Shown: one piece after another, positions 17,373-27,647 of the stretch
Layout: the number at the start of each line of letters is the position of its first letter
Position numbering within the stretch: position 1 is the first letter of the stretch
Origin: Nitrososphaerota archaeon
GTDB taxonomy: Archaea; Thermoproteota; Nitrososphaeria_A; Caldarchaeales; Caldarchaeaceae
Reading direction: 5' to 3'
Assembly: GCA_041641305.1 (NCBI GenBank)
Contig: JBEPYN010000002.1
Coordinates: forward strand, 448,001-512,000
DNA: 64,000 nt
Position numbers and translations under genes: made by a program
The notes under the pieces: generated by a model
The model's database searches: none
Seen by the model: the letters and a program-made list of their open reading frames with translations, nothing else
What the model was told of the DNA's origin: nothing

Positions 17373-17648
17373 GTGAGCACGATAAGCTTCAGGGTTGATA
17401 AGAGACTTAAAGCAAGGGTAGACAGGCTTCGCCACATAAACTGGAGCGAGCTGCTCCGAAAATATGTTGAGACAGTGGTGGAGCAGGAGGAGCAGAAACA
17501 AAGGCCACGCAGAGACCCTTTAACGATGAAACGCGCGGTCGAGGAGATGGATAGACTGGCGAAAATCACCGAAGGCTCGGATTGGATAGCGGCGGATGAG
17601 GTGATAAAATGGAGGAGGAGAAGATTCTCGTACTTGACGCAAGCGTAG
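17373..17648 (+). CDS. RHH antitoxin (VapB-like)
   Basis: TISFRVD..LK...INWSELLR; imperfect palindrome at 17351-17374 after a TATA-like element. Confidence 0.8.
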   Translation: MSTISFRVDKRLKARVDRLRHINWSELLRKYVETVVEQEEQKQRPRRDPLTMKRAVEEMDRLAKITEGSDWIAADEVIKWRRRRFSYLTQA

Positions 17649-18037
17649 CTGTGAAATGGTTTAACGTCGAGCCTTTTCGCGACAAAGCCCTGCTGATAAG
17701 GGACAAATATGTTAGAGGTGAGGTGGACCTAATCGCACCATGTCTCCTGTTCTTTGAAGTGGCTAACGCCTTGCGATACAACCCTAGGTTTGGAATAGAA
17801 GAAGTTAAATCAGCTCTTGCGGCTTTAGAAGACCTAGGCATAACAATCCATGACCTTAGGGGAGAGTTGAAGTTCTTTGCAGTAGAGGCTGCGTATAGGT
17901 ATGGGATCACGTTCTATGACTCGTCCTATGTCGCGTTAGCCATGATGGAGAATGCAGTTCTCTACACCGCTGACAAAGAGGTTGTTGCTAAAACGATGCT
18001 CCCGAACGTTAAACATCTTGCAGAATTAGCGCCGTGA
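17609..18037 (+). CDS. vapC: PIN-domain VapC toxin
   Basis: VLDASVAVKW, EVANAL, ITFYDSSYVALA, TAD. Confidence 0.9.
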   Translation: MEEEKILVLDASVAVKWFNVEPFRDKALLIRDKYVRGEVDLIAPCLLFFEVANALRYNPRFGIEEVKSALAALEDLGITIHDLRGELKFFAVEAAYRYGITFYDSSYVALAMMENAVLYTADKEVVAKTMLPNVKHLAELAP

Positions 18038-18099
18038 CTGAAAAAATTTCAGTTATTGCCCGGCGCGAGCTTAAATTATTCCCCTGCAGAAACATAGTT

Positions 18100-18516
18100 G
18101 TGAAAGTAGTTTATGACACGGTTGTGTTGAACACAAGGTCGCGGGTTGAGTTGCATGATGTTTCTCATGAGGTTGAGAGAGTTGTCGCGGCGTCTGGTGT
18201 GAAGCAGGGGCTGGTGAACGTTTTTTCACAGCACACCACATTCGCCCTCTACCTCAACGAGAACGAGTCAAACCTCAAGCGCGATGTGCTCGAGTTTCTC
18301 GAAAAGCTTGCACCCCAGAGAGAAGGATACCACCACGACACAATCGACCCAACCGCCAACACTTTCTCTCACCTCCGCTCCATCCTCCTCAGCCACGTCA
18401 TAACACTGCCGATAAAAGACGGCAAAGTAGTGAGAGGCACGTGGCAATCCATCATAGCAGCCGAGTTCGACGGCCCACGAACACGCAAACTCCTCGTACA
18501 GGTTTTGGGCGAGTAG
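18100..18516 (+). CDS. YjbQ/UPF0047 family protein
   Basis: HTT..L..NE, HD...N..SHL, GTWQ....EFDGPR. Confidence 0.9.
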   Translation: MKVVYDTVVLNTRSRVELHDVSHEVERVVAASGVKQGLVNVFSQHTTFALYLNENESNLKRDVLEFLEKLAPQREGYHHDTIDPTANTFSHLRSILLSHVITLPIKDGKVVRGTWQSIIAAEFDGPRTRKLLVQVLGE

Positions 18517-18519
18517 AGG

Positions 18520-19062
18520 CTACACCTTCAACAATCCGCGGAACCCTCTGCTCCCGTAGAAAGATTGTGCACTATTCGCTCCTATGAAGACAGTGTCGTA
18601 TCTTCTCTGTCCATATATTGCTCCGCCGAGTTTCCTGATTTTCTCCGGTGTTTTAAGCCAGCTGGATGTGCGGAGGTCAAATTCGCTGAAAGACTGCAGC
18701 CACCTGTACTGCTCCTCTGTCAAAACCTCTACACCCATGGATTTGGCCATGTCGAAGACGTTTCCACGTGGCTTGACACCTTTTCTCAGCTTCTCTGCCT
18801 CACGGTCGTAGCAGAGATTCCTCCGCCCCTTCGGGCTCTCGGCTGAACAATCCATGAAAACATACTCGTCATCAACGTATGCGACCAGACAAGGCTCACC
18901 ACCAGTCTCCTCCATCCTGCGAAGAACCGTAAGCTTATCTCGCTCCTCCTGCAGAGCATCCACAACACGCTCCCACACAACACCATCCAACGGAAACCTC
19001 TCACGAGCCCACTCAAACCTCTGCCTCAAAATATTCAGCAACCTCTCCTCAACACCCACCAA
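18520..19062 (-). CDS. DUF4256-like protein
   Basis: MEETGGEP, DCSAESPKGRR, FDLRTSSWL, RGFRGLL. Confidence 0.8.
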   Translation of the reverse strand: MVGVEERLLNILRQRFEWARERFPLDGVVWERVVDALQEERDKLTVLRRMEETGGEPCLVAYVDDEYVFMDCSAESPKGRRNLCYDREAEKLRKGVKPRGNVFDMAKSMGVEVLTEEQYRWLQSFSEFDLRTSSWLKTPEKIRKLGGAIYGQRRYDTVFIGANSAQSFYGSRGFRGLLKV

Positions 19063-19143
19063 GCTCTATCTCACGCCGCATAAGCAACAATGGCTGAATT
19101 TATGCAATCGTGTTTAAATATCCTCAAACAAGAATCAAAACAT

Positions 19144-19248
19144 GGGCCCGTAGCTTAGCATGGATAGAGCGCTGGCCTCCGGAGCCAGAGGTCGTGAGCG
19201 GCGGTACGGAAGTGCCGCGCCGGCAGGGTTCAAATCCCACCGGGCCCG
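19144..19248 (+). tRNA. tRNA-Arg(CCG) with a 30-nt non-canonical intron (19197-19226) at position 51/52
   Basis: Acceptor GGGCCCG/CGGGCCC; anticodon arm CTGGC-CT-CCG-GA-GCCAG. The T arm GTGGG-TTCAAAT-CCCAC forms after cutting bulges TGA and AGG around helix GTCG/CGGC. TTTAAATA upstream. Confidence 0.93.
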
Positions 19249-19302
19249 TAAAATATGTCACTGGAGGGGTTGTGGATTTTTAACAAGCCGTGAATATAGC
19301 TT

Positions 19303-20187
19303 TTGGGTGTTATGGTGCAGAGTCTCTCGGCTTACTGGGACTGGGTTGCGAGGACCTCTTTCCATCTCAGACATGATAAGCCAGCGGTCACCGATGTTTT
19401 CTACCGCCAAATTGTTTTGTCCCTGCTTGACCAGCTCGTGTCAGGGAACCCAAGGAGGATTCTCAAACTCGATGCCTACAACGAGGCAACCAACACCCAA
19501 TACGGCTACTATTTGATGAAGAACGACCGGGAACTAGTCCTCGTGGACATATCGTCGGGGATAGCTAAGAAAGCGTACGAAAGAGCCAAGGCGAAAAAGC
19601 TCTACGGCAGAACACATATAGTTGTGGGAGACTTTAGACGATTGCCGCTGCGCTCCGGATGCGTCGACATGTCATGCAGCTTCGGGAGCATCGAACATGT
19701 TCCCGAATATGATGTAGCCTTCTGCGAGCAGGTCCGTGTGGTGAAGGAGGGAGGCGAGGTCGTCGTCGGGGTTCCCAACATCGCCAACCTCTGGTTCAGG
19801 GTCGTCTCAACCAAGATACTCCATGTGCTGGGATTGATGAGGAAGATGACAAACCCTGAGAAACATTTTCTCAGGCCACAGCTCATAGCCCTGGCCAAAA
19901 GCCTCGGCCTCTCGGACATAGTTTTCTCCGGCTACCACTTGTTCCCGAAACAGCTCAGGTGGCTGGACCTGTGGCTGGACTCGAGAGGGCGAAACCCTCT
20001 CCGTAGAAGCGGCCTCTTTTTCTGGCTACTGAAGGGCTTCACACTGCTTGAGCTCAAGTATCCGTTTGTGAGAAACTTTGCTGAAATGATTTTGGTTAGA
20101 GGTGTCAGAGTAGTGGGACAGGATAGAGGGCGGCGAAGTATAGGAGATGAAGCAGCAGATAAAGGCCTGTTAAAGCAGTCCACTTGA
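19303..20187 (+). CDS. Class I SAM-dependent methyltransferase
   Basis: GDFRRLPL, SFGSIEHV, RVVKEGGEVVVGVPN. Confidence 0.8.
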   Translation: MGVMVQSLSAYWDWVARTSFHLRHDKPAVTDVFYRQIVLSLLDQLVSGNPRRILKLDAYNEATNTQYGYYLMKNDRELVLVDISSGIAKKAYERAKAKKLYGRTHIVVGDFRRLPLRSGCVDMSCSFGSIEHVPEYDVAFCEQVRVVKEGGEVVVGVPNIANLWFRVVSTKILHVLGLMRKMTNPEKHFLRPQLIALAKSLGLSDIVFSGYHLFPKQLRWLDLWLDSRGRNPLRRSGLFFWLLKGFTLLELKYPFVRNFAEMILVRGVRVVGQDRGRRSIGDEAADKGLLKQST

Positions 20188-21361
20188 CCGACTTGCCTGA
20201 GCTTTCCTCGTAAAGTCTTTTGCCGAGAAAATATGAGATGGCGATTATTACTGGTGGAAGAATTGTGAGGATATAGAAGAGGTATATCAGGCCTCTGAAG
20301 GCCATGTTGACTATGATCCAGCCCATCAGGCCGCCGAACCAGTAGAGAGATGTAAACCGGCCCAGCGCATCTTTTCTCGCAAGCCACAGCATGTAAAGCA
20401 TGGCGGGCACCATGAAGGCCAGAACTGTCCAGCTCACCTGTATGACATAGCTGTATCTAAGGCCCGGCGTAACCAGCGGCCCCGTAACAACCGTTGCGGG
20501 GTTAATCTGGTATCCGGGAACTATGGCAACGGCCCTTGTCACCGGGTAGTTGAAAAACCACTGCCATATTTCGCTGCGTCCCGCTGCCGTAGGGTTGCTG
20601 ATGCTCAGCCTCGAGAGCATCAGCGAAATTCTTTCAACAAGGTTTGATGAACGGGGAACGAGGATGACCCACTCCAGCAAATACCACAGCACGGCGACTG
20701 AGACACCGGTGGCTATGAGAAGCGTCAGCACAGTTTTCCAGTCAAACCGCTGAAGCCAGCTCCTCTCTTTTTTACGAGTTTTTCCACCGGTTTTCCAACC
20801 TGTGTACAGTAGCAGGGGGACAATAACTACGAGCGCCGACTCTTTCGCGAGGAAAGACGCCGCGAATAAAGGCGCCGCCAATATCTTCCGTTTTAAGTTA
20901 TCGTCCAGCAGAAAATAGATTCCGGCGAGCAGGAAGACTAGCATGAATATGTCTATGCGGGCTACGCGGGAGAAGTAGAAGGTGAGGGTTTCGAATGAGA
21001 AGAGGAAAGTAGCAATTGGTGTTGCATAGCTATACTCTTTTCGGCCCTGAAACAGTCTGCTAACCACGAGGTAGAAAATAGGTATAGCTATTGTTCCTGC
21101 CACAGCGGACATTATACGCCATCCAAAGGGGTTGTCGCCGAACACCAGCATGCCTAACGCTATGAGCATCTTGCCCAGCGGAGGATGTCCATACCTAGGG
21201 TCTATGGGCAACCCCTGCTCATTCTGACCCAGGATACTTCTTGCATCTGGCACATAGTAAACCTCGTCACCTATCTGTCTGTCGGGAACATCCAGCTTAT
21301 ACAGCCTGATAAAAAAAGAAGCAACAGTCAACAAGATGATGAAGACGATACGCTTATTCAT
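20105..21361 (-). CDS. PMT/GT39-like lipid-carrier-dependent glycosyltransferase
   Basis: GDEVYYV, HPPLGK, FGWR, SRVARID; many TMs. Confidence 0.85.
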   Translation of the reverse strand: MNKRIVFIILLTVASFFIRLYKLDVPDRQIGDEVYYVPDARSILGQNEQGLPIDPRYGHPPLGKMLIALGMLVFGDNPFGWRIMSAVAGTIAIPIFYLVVSRLFQGRKEYSYATPIATFLFSFETLTFYFSRVARIDIFMLVFLLAGIYFLLDDNLKRKILAAPLFAASFLAKESALVVIVPLLLYTGWKTGGKTRKKERSWLQRFDWKTVLTLLIATGVSVAVLWYLLEWVILVPRSSNLVERISLMLSRLSISNPTAAGRSEIWQWFFNYPVTRAVAIVPGYQINPATVVTGPLVTPGLRYSYVIQVSWTVLAFMVPAMLYMLWLARKDALGRFTSLYWFGGLMGWIIVNMAFRGLIYLFYILTILPPVIIAISYFLGKRLYEESSGKSVKWTALTGLYLLLHLLYFAALYPVPLL

Positions 21362-21430
21362 TCGAGAACGGTGTCTCTGCTCTTATCTAAAAATTTTAAT
21401 TTTGACGGCCCGTTTAAACGAGTTAAGGGT

Positions 21431-21787
21431 TTGGTTAGAGACCTTGTCTACTGGCTGATGCTGCAGCGGTCCCAGTGGTATAGCAGGGAGAAATTAGCCC
21501 GTATTCAGGCCAAGAAGCTCGGCAAGCTCTTGAAACACGCTTATGAAAAGGTTCCGTTCTACAGAGGGGCTTACCGCGACATGTTTACTGAAGATCTTGG
21601 AGAAAATCCTCTAACGGTGCTGAAAAAGCTTTCCCTCGTATCTAGGAGGATGCTGGCTGAAACTCGGCTTGAGCTGCGGACAGCAACATCCATCAACCCC
21701 GCAAAATGTCTAAAACGGCATACAATGGGATATTCCGGAGAATGTTATACACCAAGGAACTACGCGTTCATGTATCGTGTCTATTAG
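21431..21787 (+). pseudogene. N-terminal fragment of phenylacetate-CoA ligase/CapK family
   Basis: SQW.SRE.L..IQ.KKL..LLKHAYEKVPFYR; ends just after a degenerate P-loop (TMGYSGE). Confidence 0.7.
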
Positions 21788-21824
21788 TCTTCTTAGCGGC
21801 TTATGTTGTTCTGGGGGAGATTGG

Positions 21825-23003
21825 CTAGCTTGTGGCTGCCCATAGTTTCATGAATTTGGAAACCCGTGTTAGAACATTTTTCTCACCCACCGCTGCCCAT
21901 GTTTTGATGTAGTCAACCATGGCATGTGGACCCGTGAGATGTAGCCATTTTACCCGACGCCACGCCATGTTGTAGGCTTCCTCGAGGGCTGTTGTATTTT
22001 TTCTCTGGGCCAAAGCAACTACTTTTTCCATGTTGTAATGCGTAATCTTTGCTATTGTTTTCCTACTGTCCTCGAAGCTTCTGTCCAAGAGTGATAGGGC
22101 ACTGGCTATGACTCCTCCGGCTGTTGATATTATGTCGGGTATTATGTTGATGCCCTTGTGTTCGAGGATGCGGGCGGTTGTTGTGGATATGGAGTAGTTG
22201 GCTATAGGGGCAACTATTCTACAGGGTATCGGCTCCGTGATGGTTTTCGGTCTTGCACCGGGAACGAAAATGTCTGCCTCGATATTTGTGATATTTGTAG
22301 GCGGTAGGAGACGGGAGCCCGGGTTCTTCTCGGCATAGATGTTGAGACATTTTTCTCCATGCTCTGCCCTCATATCCAGCAGCTGGTCTATGTCCAGGCC
22401 TTTGTGGTTTAAGAGAGTATGGTATTTGTTGGAGACCGCTACTATTCTGTAACCACGGCTGCTCAGGAGATAAGCTGCCGCGGTTCCCATGTTTCCAAAC
22501 CCCTGTAGTGCAACCGTCTCCACATCAATAAGTTGTTTGATGTGTTTGAGCGTTTCTATGGATGCGTGTAGACTCTCTGCGACGGCAAGCCCTGTGCGTG
22601 ATGGGATTGTTTGTCCACTGTGTAGTGTGGGCCGTCGCACGCCACCCAAAAATGAGTAAAGATACTGTACGTCTTCTTCGCTGAACCCCATGTCTGAGCC
22701 GGGTATGTAGCTTCCCTCAACCAGCAACTCTCTGGTTTTTTCAACAAATTTCTGAATCAGGGTTTTCTTGTTCACTGTTTCCGGGTCGGCCGCTATTCCT
22801 GTCTTGGCGCCGCCTACAGGTATACCTGCCAAAGAAGACTTCAGCGTCATCAGACGGGCCAACATCTCTGTCTCAGCTCTTGTCACGTCGCTGGCTATTC
22901 TAACTCCGCCCCAGCTAATCCCCATTATGAAAAAGTCTATGACAAGCCATCCACGGGCTATTCCAAGGTCAAGCTCTACAACCTTTCCCGGACGCACAAT
23001 CAA
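21825..23003 (-). CDS. Glu/Leu/Phe/Val dehydrogenase family
   Basis: GGVRI, LARLMTLK, GGAKTG, QGFGNMG, PDII..AGGV. Confidence 0.9.
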   Translation of the reverse strand: MIVRPGKVVELDLGIARGWLVIDFFIMGISWGGVRIASDVTRAETEMLARLMTLKSSLAGIPVGGAKTGIAADPETVNKKTLIQKFVEKTRELLVEGSYIPGSDMGFSEEDVQYLYSFLGGVRRPTLHSGQTIPSRTGLAVAESLHASIETLKHIKQLIDVETVALQGFGNMGTAAAYLLSSRGYRIVAVSNKYHTLLNHKGLDIDQLLDMRAEHGEKCLNIYAEKNPGSRLLPPTNITNIEADIFVPGARPKTITEPIPCRIVAPIANYSISTTTARILEHKGINIIPDIISTAGGVIASALSLLDRSFEDSRKTIAKITHYNMEKVVALAQRKNTTALEEAYNMAWRRVKWLHLTGPHAMVDYIKTWAAVGEKNVLTRVSKFMKLWAATS

Positions 23004-23126
23004 CTACCTTGAACCATGCGGTGTAGCCAACTTGTTAACCTTTGTTAAGCCCCAAACAGGCCACCCTAGTCCGCGTATTACAACATAGTGGTTAAGGTTT
23101 TTTGACTGGTTTGGATATTTTCTGCT

Positions 23127-24323
23127 GTGCTTTCTTCACTTGATGAGTTGATGGCTCGGCAGGATGTTGACGCCGTTGTTGTATATGGTGAGTCGACGGC
23201 TTCTTGTCCGGAGTTGGCTTATCTTGTGAGGGCGCCGGTTGCGCGGGGTGGGTTGTATCTGAAGAAGAGGGGTGAGGAGCCTTTGCTGGTTGTGAGCAAC
23301 CTTGACGTGGAGAGTGCGCGAACTGGTCAGGTGTCTCTGGTCAGGACCTTTGACGACTATGGGTTGAGGTTGTTTGTGCGCAGGTTTGGGCGGGGCCGTG
23401 GCTGGGCAGAGTTTGTTTCAGAGGTTTTGCGGAGGGAGAGAGTAGGTGGATGGATTGTTTTGGCTGGCAGGTTTGAAGCGGGATGGGCGGTTTTTCTCGC
23501 GGAGGTTCTCCGTCGCCGCGGCTTCCGCGTCAAAGCCACTCCGGGGCCCTCGCTGCTCGACATTTGTAGACGAACAAAGGACAGCTGGGAGATTGAACGC
23601 ATCAGAGAAGCCGGCCGAAAAACCGTCGCCGTTGCCCAGCGAGTTGAGAAAATTCTTGAGGAAAGCCGCGTGGCGGGTGATAAAGTGCTTTATGAGAAAA
23701 AGCCTCTGACAGCCAACATCCTCCGACAGAGCGTTCGACAAGCATGCGCCGAACAGGGCCTAAACCTCGTTGAAGGATTTATCCTCGCCGTCGGAGAGGA
23801 GTCAGCAGACCCACACTACAGCGGCGAAAAAGACACGCCAATAAAACCCGGTGAACCGGTTCTTCTCGACATCTTTCCCGCGGATAAGACGGGCTACCGC
23901 TACGATTTCACAAGAACCTACTGCGTCGGACGAGCCAAACCACTCCTACGCAAAATGTTCACAGACACCGTTGACGCCCAGAACGCGGCGCTGGACATGA
24001 TCAGGGATAATGTTGTCTGCGAAGCCCCGTTTATCCGTGTTTGCAGGCTTTTCATGGCCCGTGGATGGCCCACTCCGCTGAGCAAGCAGCCTGTTGAGAG
24101 GGGTTTTGTTCACGGCCTCGGCCACGGACTTGGTTTGACGATTGGTGAAGAACCCTACCTAACACGATTCAGCCGCGACAACCTTCTCACGGGCGACGTC
24201 GTCACTGTTGAGCCGGGCCTCTATGACAAGAGTTTTGGAGGTGTCCGCGTCGAGGATGTCGTACATGTCGAGGGTGGTGGTTGTGTTGTTTTGGCTGAAC
24301 ATAGGCGGGAGCTGGAGCTTTAG
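23127..24323 (+). CDS. Xaa-Pro aminopeptidase (M24)
   Basis: D..DFTRT, HGLGHG, VEPGLY, GVRVED metal ligands intact. Confidence 0.9.
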   Translation: MLSSLDELMARQDVDAVVVYGESTASCPELAYLVRAPVARGGLYLKKRGEEPLLVVSNLDVESARTGQVSLVRTFDDYGLRLFVRRFGRGRGWAEFVSEVLRRERVGGWIVLAGRFEAGWAVFLAEVLRRRGFRVKATPGPSLLDICRRTKDSWEIERIREAGRKTVAVAQRVEKILEESRVAGDKVLYEKKPLTANILRQSVRQACAEQGLNLVEGFILAVGEESADPHYSGEKDTPIKPGEPVLLDIFPADKTGYRYDFTRTYCVGRAKPLLRKMFTDTVDAQNAALDMIRDNVVCEAPFIRVCRLFMARGWPTPLSKQPVERGFVHGLGHGLGLTIGEEPYLTRFSRDNLLTGDVVTVEPGLYDKSFGGVRVEDVVHVEGGGCVVLAEHRRELEL

Positions 24324-25129
24324 CCGAGGAAAACCCAGAGAGAGTAAGCTGAGAAGGCTCCGTAAAATGATGTCAAAAGATTGACCAGGTCGTTGTTGAT
24401 AAGCCTGCTTCCACCGAGATAAAGTGTCTCTTTTCCGCAGTGTTTCTTGACCTCGACAGCTCGGCCACACACGGTGCACCTGTACCTTGACTGGACGAGT
24501 CCGCCGACGACGCTGTCGAACAGGCTCCCCGTAAACCCTGAGAAAACGCTGACCAGGGCGACCTTGTTGAAGGGCAGCGTGGCTGCGGAGAAGCCTGTGT
24601 AGAAGAAAATCGTCGCCGTGATGATGAAGCCTGTGACGAAGGCCGACATCAGGCCGAGAGGTGTAACGCCGCCAGGTGTCCCCGGCTCAGTTCTCTTCAA
24701 AGAGGTAATCAATATGGGCGGTCTTTTAGAGAGGAGGCCCAGTTCTGTCGACATGGTGTCGGCAAAAACCGCTGAGACCGCTCCTACGTAGAGCGGAAGA
24801 GCAGTGGAGGGGTCGTTGAGAAAGTAGCCGGCCGTAGCTATGAGGGCCGCCGCAAGACCGTTGCTTATCACGTTGCTCCATGTCCTCACGCCTCTGCCGT
24901 ATTCGCCGTATTTCTCGCGGTAGCGGTATCTTGTGGAGAAGCCAGATACGATGAAGAAGACGAGGAGAAGGAGGAAATGCATTCTGCCCCCGAAAATGTA
25001 TATCATGTAGCCCAAGACCGCGGCTGCCCCGGCTCCACGTAGGTCCAAGAAACGACCTGCAAGTGCCGCGGCTCCAACAGCGGCTATGACCACCGTCGCC
25101 TCTAAAAAATTCGTCAACAAACCCTTCAC
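24320..25129 (-). CDS. DUF92 membrane protein
   Basis: RTWSNV.SNG, ADTMSTELG, GTPGGVT, DSVVG, NNDLVN. Confidence 0.85.
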   Translation of the reverse strand: MKGLLTNFLEATVVIAAVGAAALAGRFLDLRGAGAAAVLGYMIYIFGGRMHFLLLLVFFIVSGFSTRYRYREKYGEYGRGVRTWSNVISNGLAAALIATAGYFLNDPSTALPLYVGAVSAVFADTMSTELGLLSKRPPILITSLKRTEPGTPGGVTPLGLMSAFVTGFIITATIFFYTGFSAATLPFNKVALVSVFSGFTGSLFDSVVGGLVQSRYRCTVCGRAVEVKKHCGKETLYLGGSRLINNDLVNLLTSFYGAFSAYSLWVFLG

Positions 25130-26394
25130 TTCGCCAACATGTTTAACATCTTTTCAAGCGAGTCGGTGACCTGTGTTCTGGTGGTGAGGTCGCGGAGAGT
25201 AACTGTGCCGTCTGCGGCCTCCCTGTCACCTATGATGACCAGGCTCCTTATTCCCCTGTTCACAGCCGTTTCGATGGCGTCGCCCAGCTTCTTCCGAGAC
25301 ACGTCAACAGAAACACTGTATCCATTTTTTCTCAAGAGGTCTGCTACGCGTAGAGCGTAGGATGACGCTTTGTCGGATAATACGGTGAGCAGGATGCTGG
25401 GGGGAACGGTGTAGTCTGTGTTTTTTCTGCTGAGGAGATGCATCTGGATGCGGGTTATGCCGATGGAGCAGCCGACTGCTGGAGTAGGTTTTCCGCCGAA
25501 GAGCTCCACTAACCCGTCGTAGCGGCCGCCGCCGTTAAACGACAGCTGTTCTCCTTCGAGTTTCTGCTCGAAAATCATACCTGTATAGTATTCGAGGCCT
25601 CGTGCAAAGCCGAGATCCACTTCGATTGAGATGCTTGGGTCAACGTTTCTGATGAGCGAAACAATTGCTTCGAGGTTTTCCAGCGACTGTGATGCCTTGG
25701 GCCATGGTGAAACGATGTCCCGGGCCTTCTCAATCACTTTTATGTCTCCACGGTGTTCGGCGAGGCGCCAAAGCGTTTCCACCGCCTCTTTTTCGAGATG
25801 CTGTTCCATCAGCTCCCGTGCCTCTGTATACATTTTGCGGTCGAGGAGAGAAAGTACAGTGTCCTGCGTTTTCTGCTCAACATTCTCCATTATTCCACGC
25901 AATATCCCCACGTGCCCAATCTTGAAACGCTGTTCAACAAGCCCAAGCCGTTGGAAAACATCTCTGCTGGCCAAGATAATCTCCGCATCACTCATTGGGT
26001 CTCTGCTACCGAAAAGCTCAAGACCCCCTTGCCAAAACCTCCTCCTCCTACCCCACTGCGGCTCATCATATCTGTAACAGTCGGCGATGTAGCCAAGACG
26101 GAGTGGCAGAGGCCTCCGCGAAAGCTTGGATGCCACAAGCCGTGCAACAGATGCTGTGACCTCGGGGCGAAGCACGAGTTTGCGGCCGTGAGGGTCGTCG
26201 AAAACAAACATACGATGCCTAATCTCTTCACCAGACTTCGCCTCAAAGAGTTCGAGATATTCGAGGGTGGGTGTCTCAACCTCCTCGTAGCCATAGAGAC
26301 GGTAAACCTCACGGATGACATCCACTATGCGCTGCTTCACCGCGAACTCTTCGGGAAGCAGGTCATCCATACCACGTGGAGGCTCGAATGACAC
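25126..26394 (-). CDS. hisS: Histidine--tRNA ligase
   Basis: PRGMDD, LRPEVTAS, ARGLEYYTG, GGGRYDGL. Confidence 0.97.
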   Translation of the reverse strand: MSFEPPRGMDDLLPEEFAVKQRIVDVIREVYRLYGYEEVETPTLEYLELFEAKSGEEIRHRMFVFDDPHGRKLVLRPEVTASVARLVASKLSRRPLPLRLGYIADCYRYDEPQWGRRRRFWQGGLELFGSRDPMSDAEIILASRDVFQRLGLVEQRFKIGHVGILRGIMENVEQKTQDTVLSLLDRKMYTEARELMEQHLEKEAVETLWRLAEHRGDIKVIEKARDIVSPWPKASQSLENLEAIVSLIRNVDPSISIEVDLGFARGLEYYTGMIFEQKLEGEQLSFNGGGRYDGLVELFGGKPTPAVGCSIGITRIQMHLLSRKNTDYTVPPSILLTVLSDKASSYALRVADLLRKNGYSVSVDVSRKKLGDAIETAVNRGIRSLVIIGDREAADGTVTLRDLTTRTQVTDSLEKMLNMLAK

Positions 26395-26488
26395 ACTTCA
26401 CACCTTCCCAAACACTTGCCACCTCTCTATAAATGGTTAACAAATTATGTAGCAATCATCCATCAGCGTTAATACATGCCTCGACAGC

Positions 26489-27646
26489 GTGATAGACATG
26501 GCCAACGGCTCCGCTAAACTGGTTGCCGCGGTTGTCGCCGTAGCGGTCGTTTTGGTGGGCCTCAACTTCTTCTTCTACATCACGGTGAGGGAGGATGTTT
26601 TACGTCTTCAGCAAGCGTTTTCTTCGCTGCAGAACCCAACTGTTGAAAAAACGGTCACCCTCGTCTCGCAAGTCACCTCTGTGGTGACCGTCGCGGGAAA
26701 CCGTCCCAGCTACGCCGACATCTACGACATGGTGAAGGGCTCGGTGGTTTTGATCCGTGTCTTTTCTCAAGCTGGTGCGGCTGTGGGCACGGGGTTTGTG
26801 TATGACACGGAGGGCCACATAGTGACAAATAATCACGTTGTCGCAGGTGCTTCAAGCATCAGAGTTGTGTTCTACACGGGGGAGATGTATGCCGCCTCCA
26901 TAGTTGGCACAGATGTTGACAGCGACTTAGCCGTGATAAAGCTGGAGAACCCGCCGAAGAACCTTAAGCCACTTAAGCTCGGCAACTCTACAGAGCTCAG
27001 AATAGGTGAGGAGGTTGTGGCCATCGGTAACCCGTTTGGGCTTGAGGGAACCCTGACCACGGGTGTGGTGAGCCAGAAGGGCAGACTTCTGCCGACGGGC
27101 AGAGGCTACTCAATACCGGGCGTCATACAGACAGACGCGGCCATCAACCCGGGAAACTCCGGAGGCCCCCTACTCAACATGAGGGGGGAGGTTGTCGGCG
27201 TCAACACCGCGATTGAGCCGGGCGGGGTCGGAATCGGATACGCCGTGCCATCGTCGATAGTTGCCCGGGTTGTTCCAGCCCTGATAAAAGACGGGGTCTA
27301 TAGACGGAGCTGGCTTGGGATAAGCGGCACAACCCTTGACATGGACATAGCCTCTGCAGGAGGATACAACGTCACCCGAGGAGTCCTGATAACACAGGTC
27401 GTGAACAACAGTCCTGCACAGAGAGCTGGTCTAAGAGGAGGGGACAGAACGGTGGTTGTTAACGGTGTTCAGATTGTTGTTGGCGGAGACGTGATAGTAG
27501 CCGTCAACGGTGTGCCGATACACAGCATCGACGATCTTCTCGTATACATGGAGGAGAAGACCAGCCCCGGCCAAACCATAACGCTAACCATAGTGAGAAA
27601 CAACCAGTTTATTGACGTCTCCCTGTCCCTCGCCACGAGGCCGTAG
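26489..27646 (+). CDS. HtrA/DegP-like serine protease with PDZ domain
   Basis: TNNHVV, DLAV, IQTDAAINPGNSGGPL; N-terminal TM. Confidence 0.95.
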   Translation: MIDMANGSAKLVAAVVAVAVVLVGLNFFFYITVREDVLRLQQAFSSLQNPTVEKTVTLVSQVTSVVTVAGNRPSYADIYDMVKGSVVLIRVFSQAGAAVGTGFVYDTEGHIVTNNHVVAGASSIRVVFYTGEMYAASIVGTDVDSDLAVIKLENPPKNLKPLKLGNSTELRIGEEVVAIGNPFGLEGTLTTGVVSQKGRLLPTGRGYSIPGVIQTDAAINPGNSGGPLLNMRGEVVGVNTAIEPGGVGIGYAVPSSIVARVVPALIKDGVYRRSWLGISGTTLDMDIASAGGYNVTRGVLITQVVNNSPAQRAGLRGGDRTVVVNGVQIVVGGDVIVAVNGVPIHSIDDLLVYMEEKTSPGQTITLTIVRNNQFIDVSLSLATRP

Positions 27647-27647
27647 A

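Noticed and set aside
19230-19248. tRNA-Arg 3' end as the element att site
   Set aside because: No second copy of this sequence was noticed in the window, and the element lies on the tRNA's 5' side.
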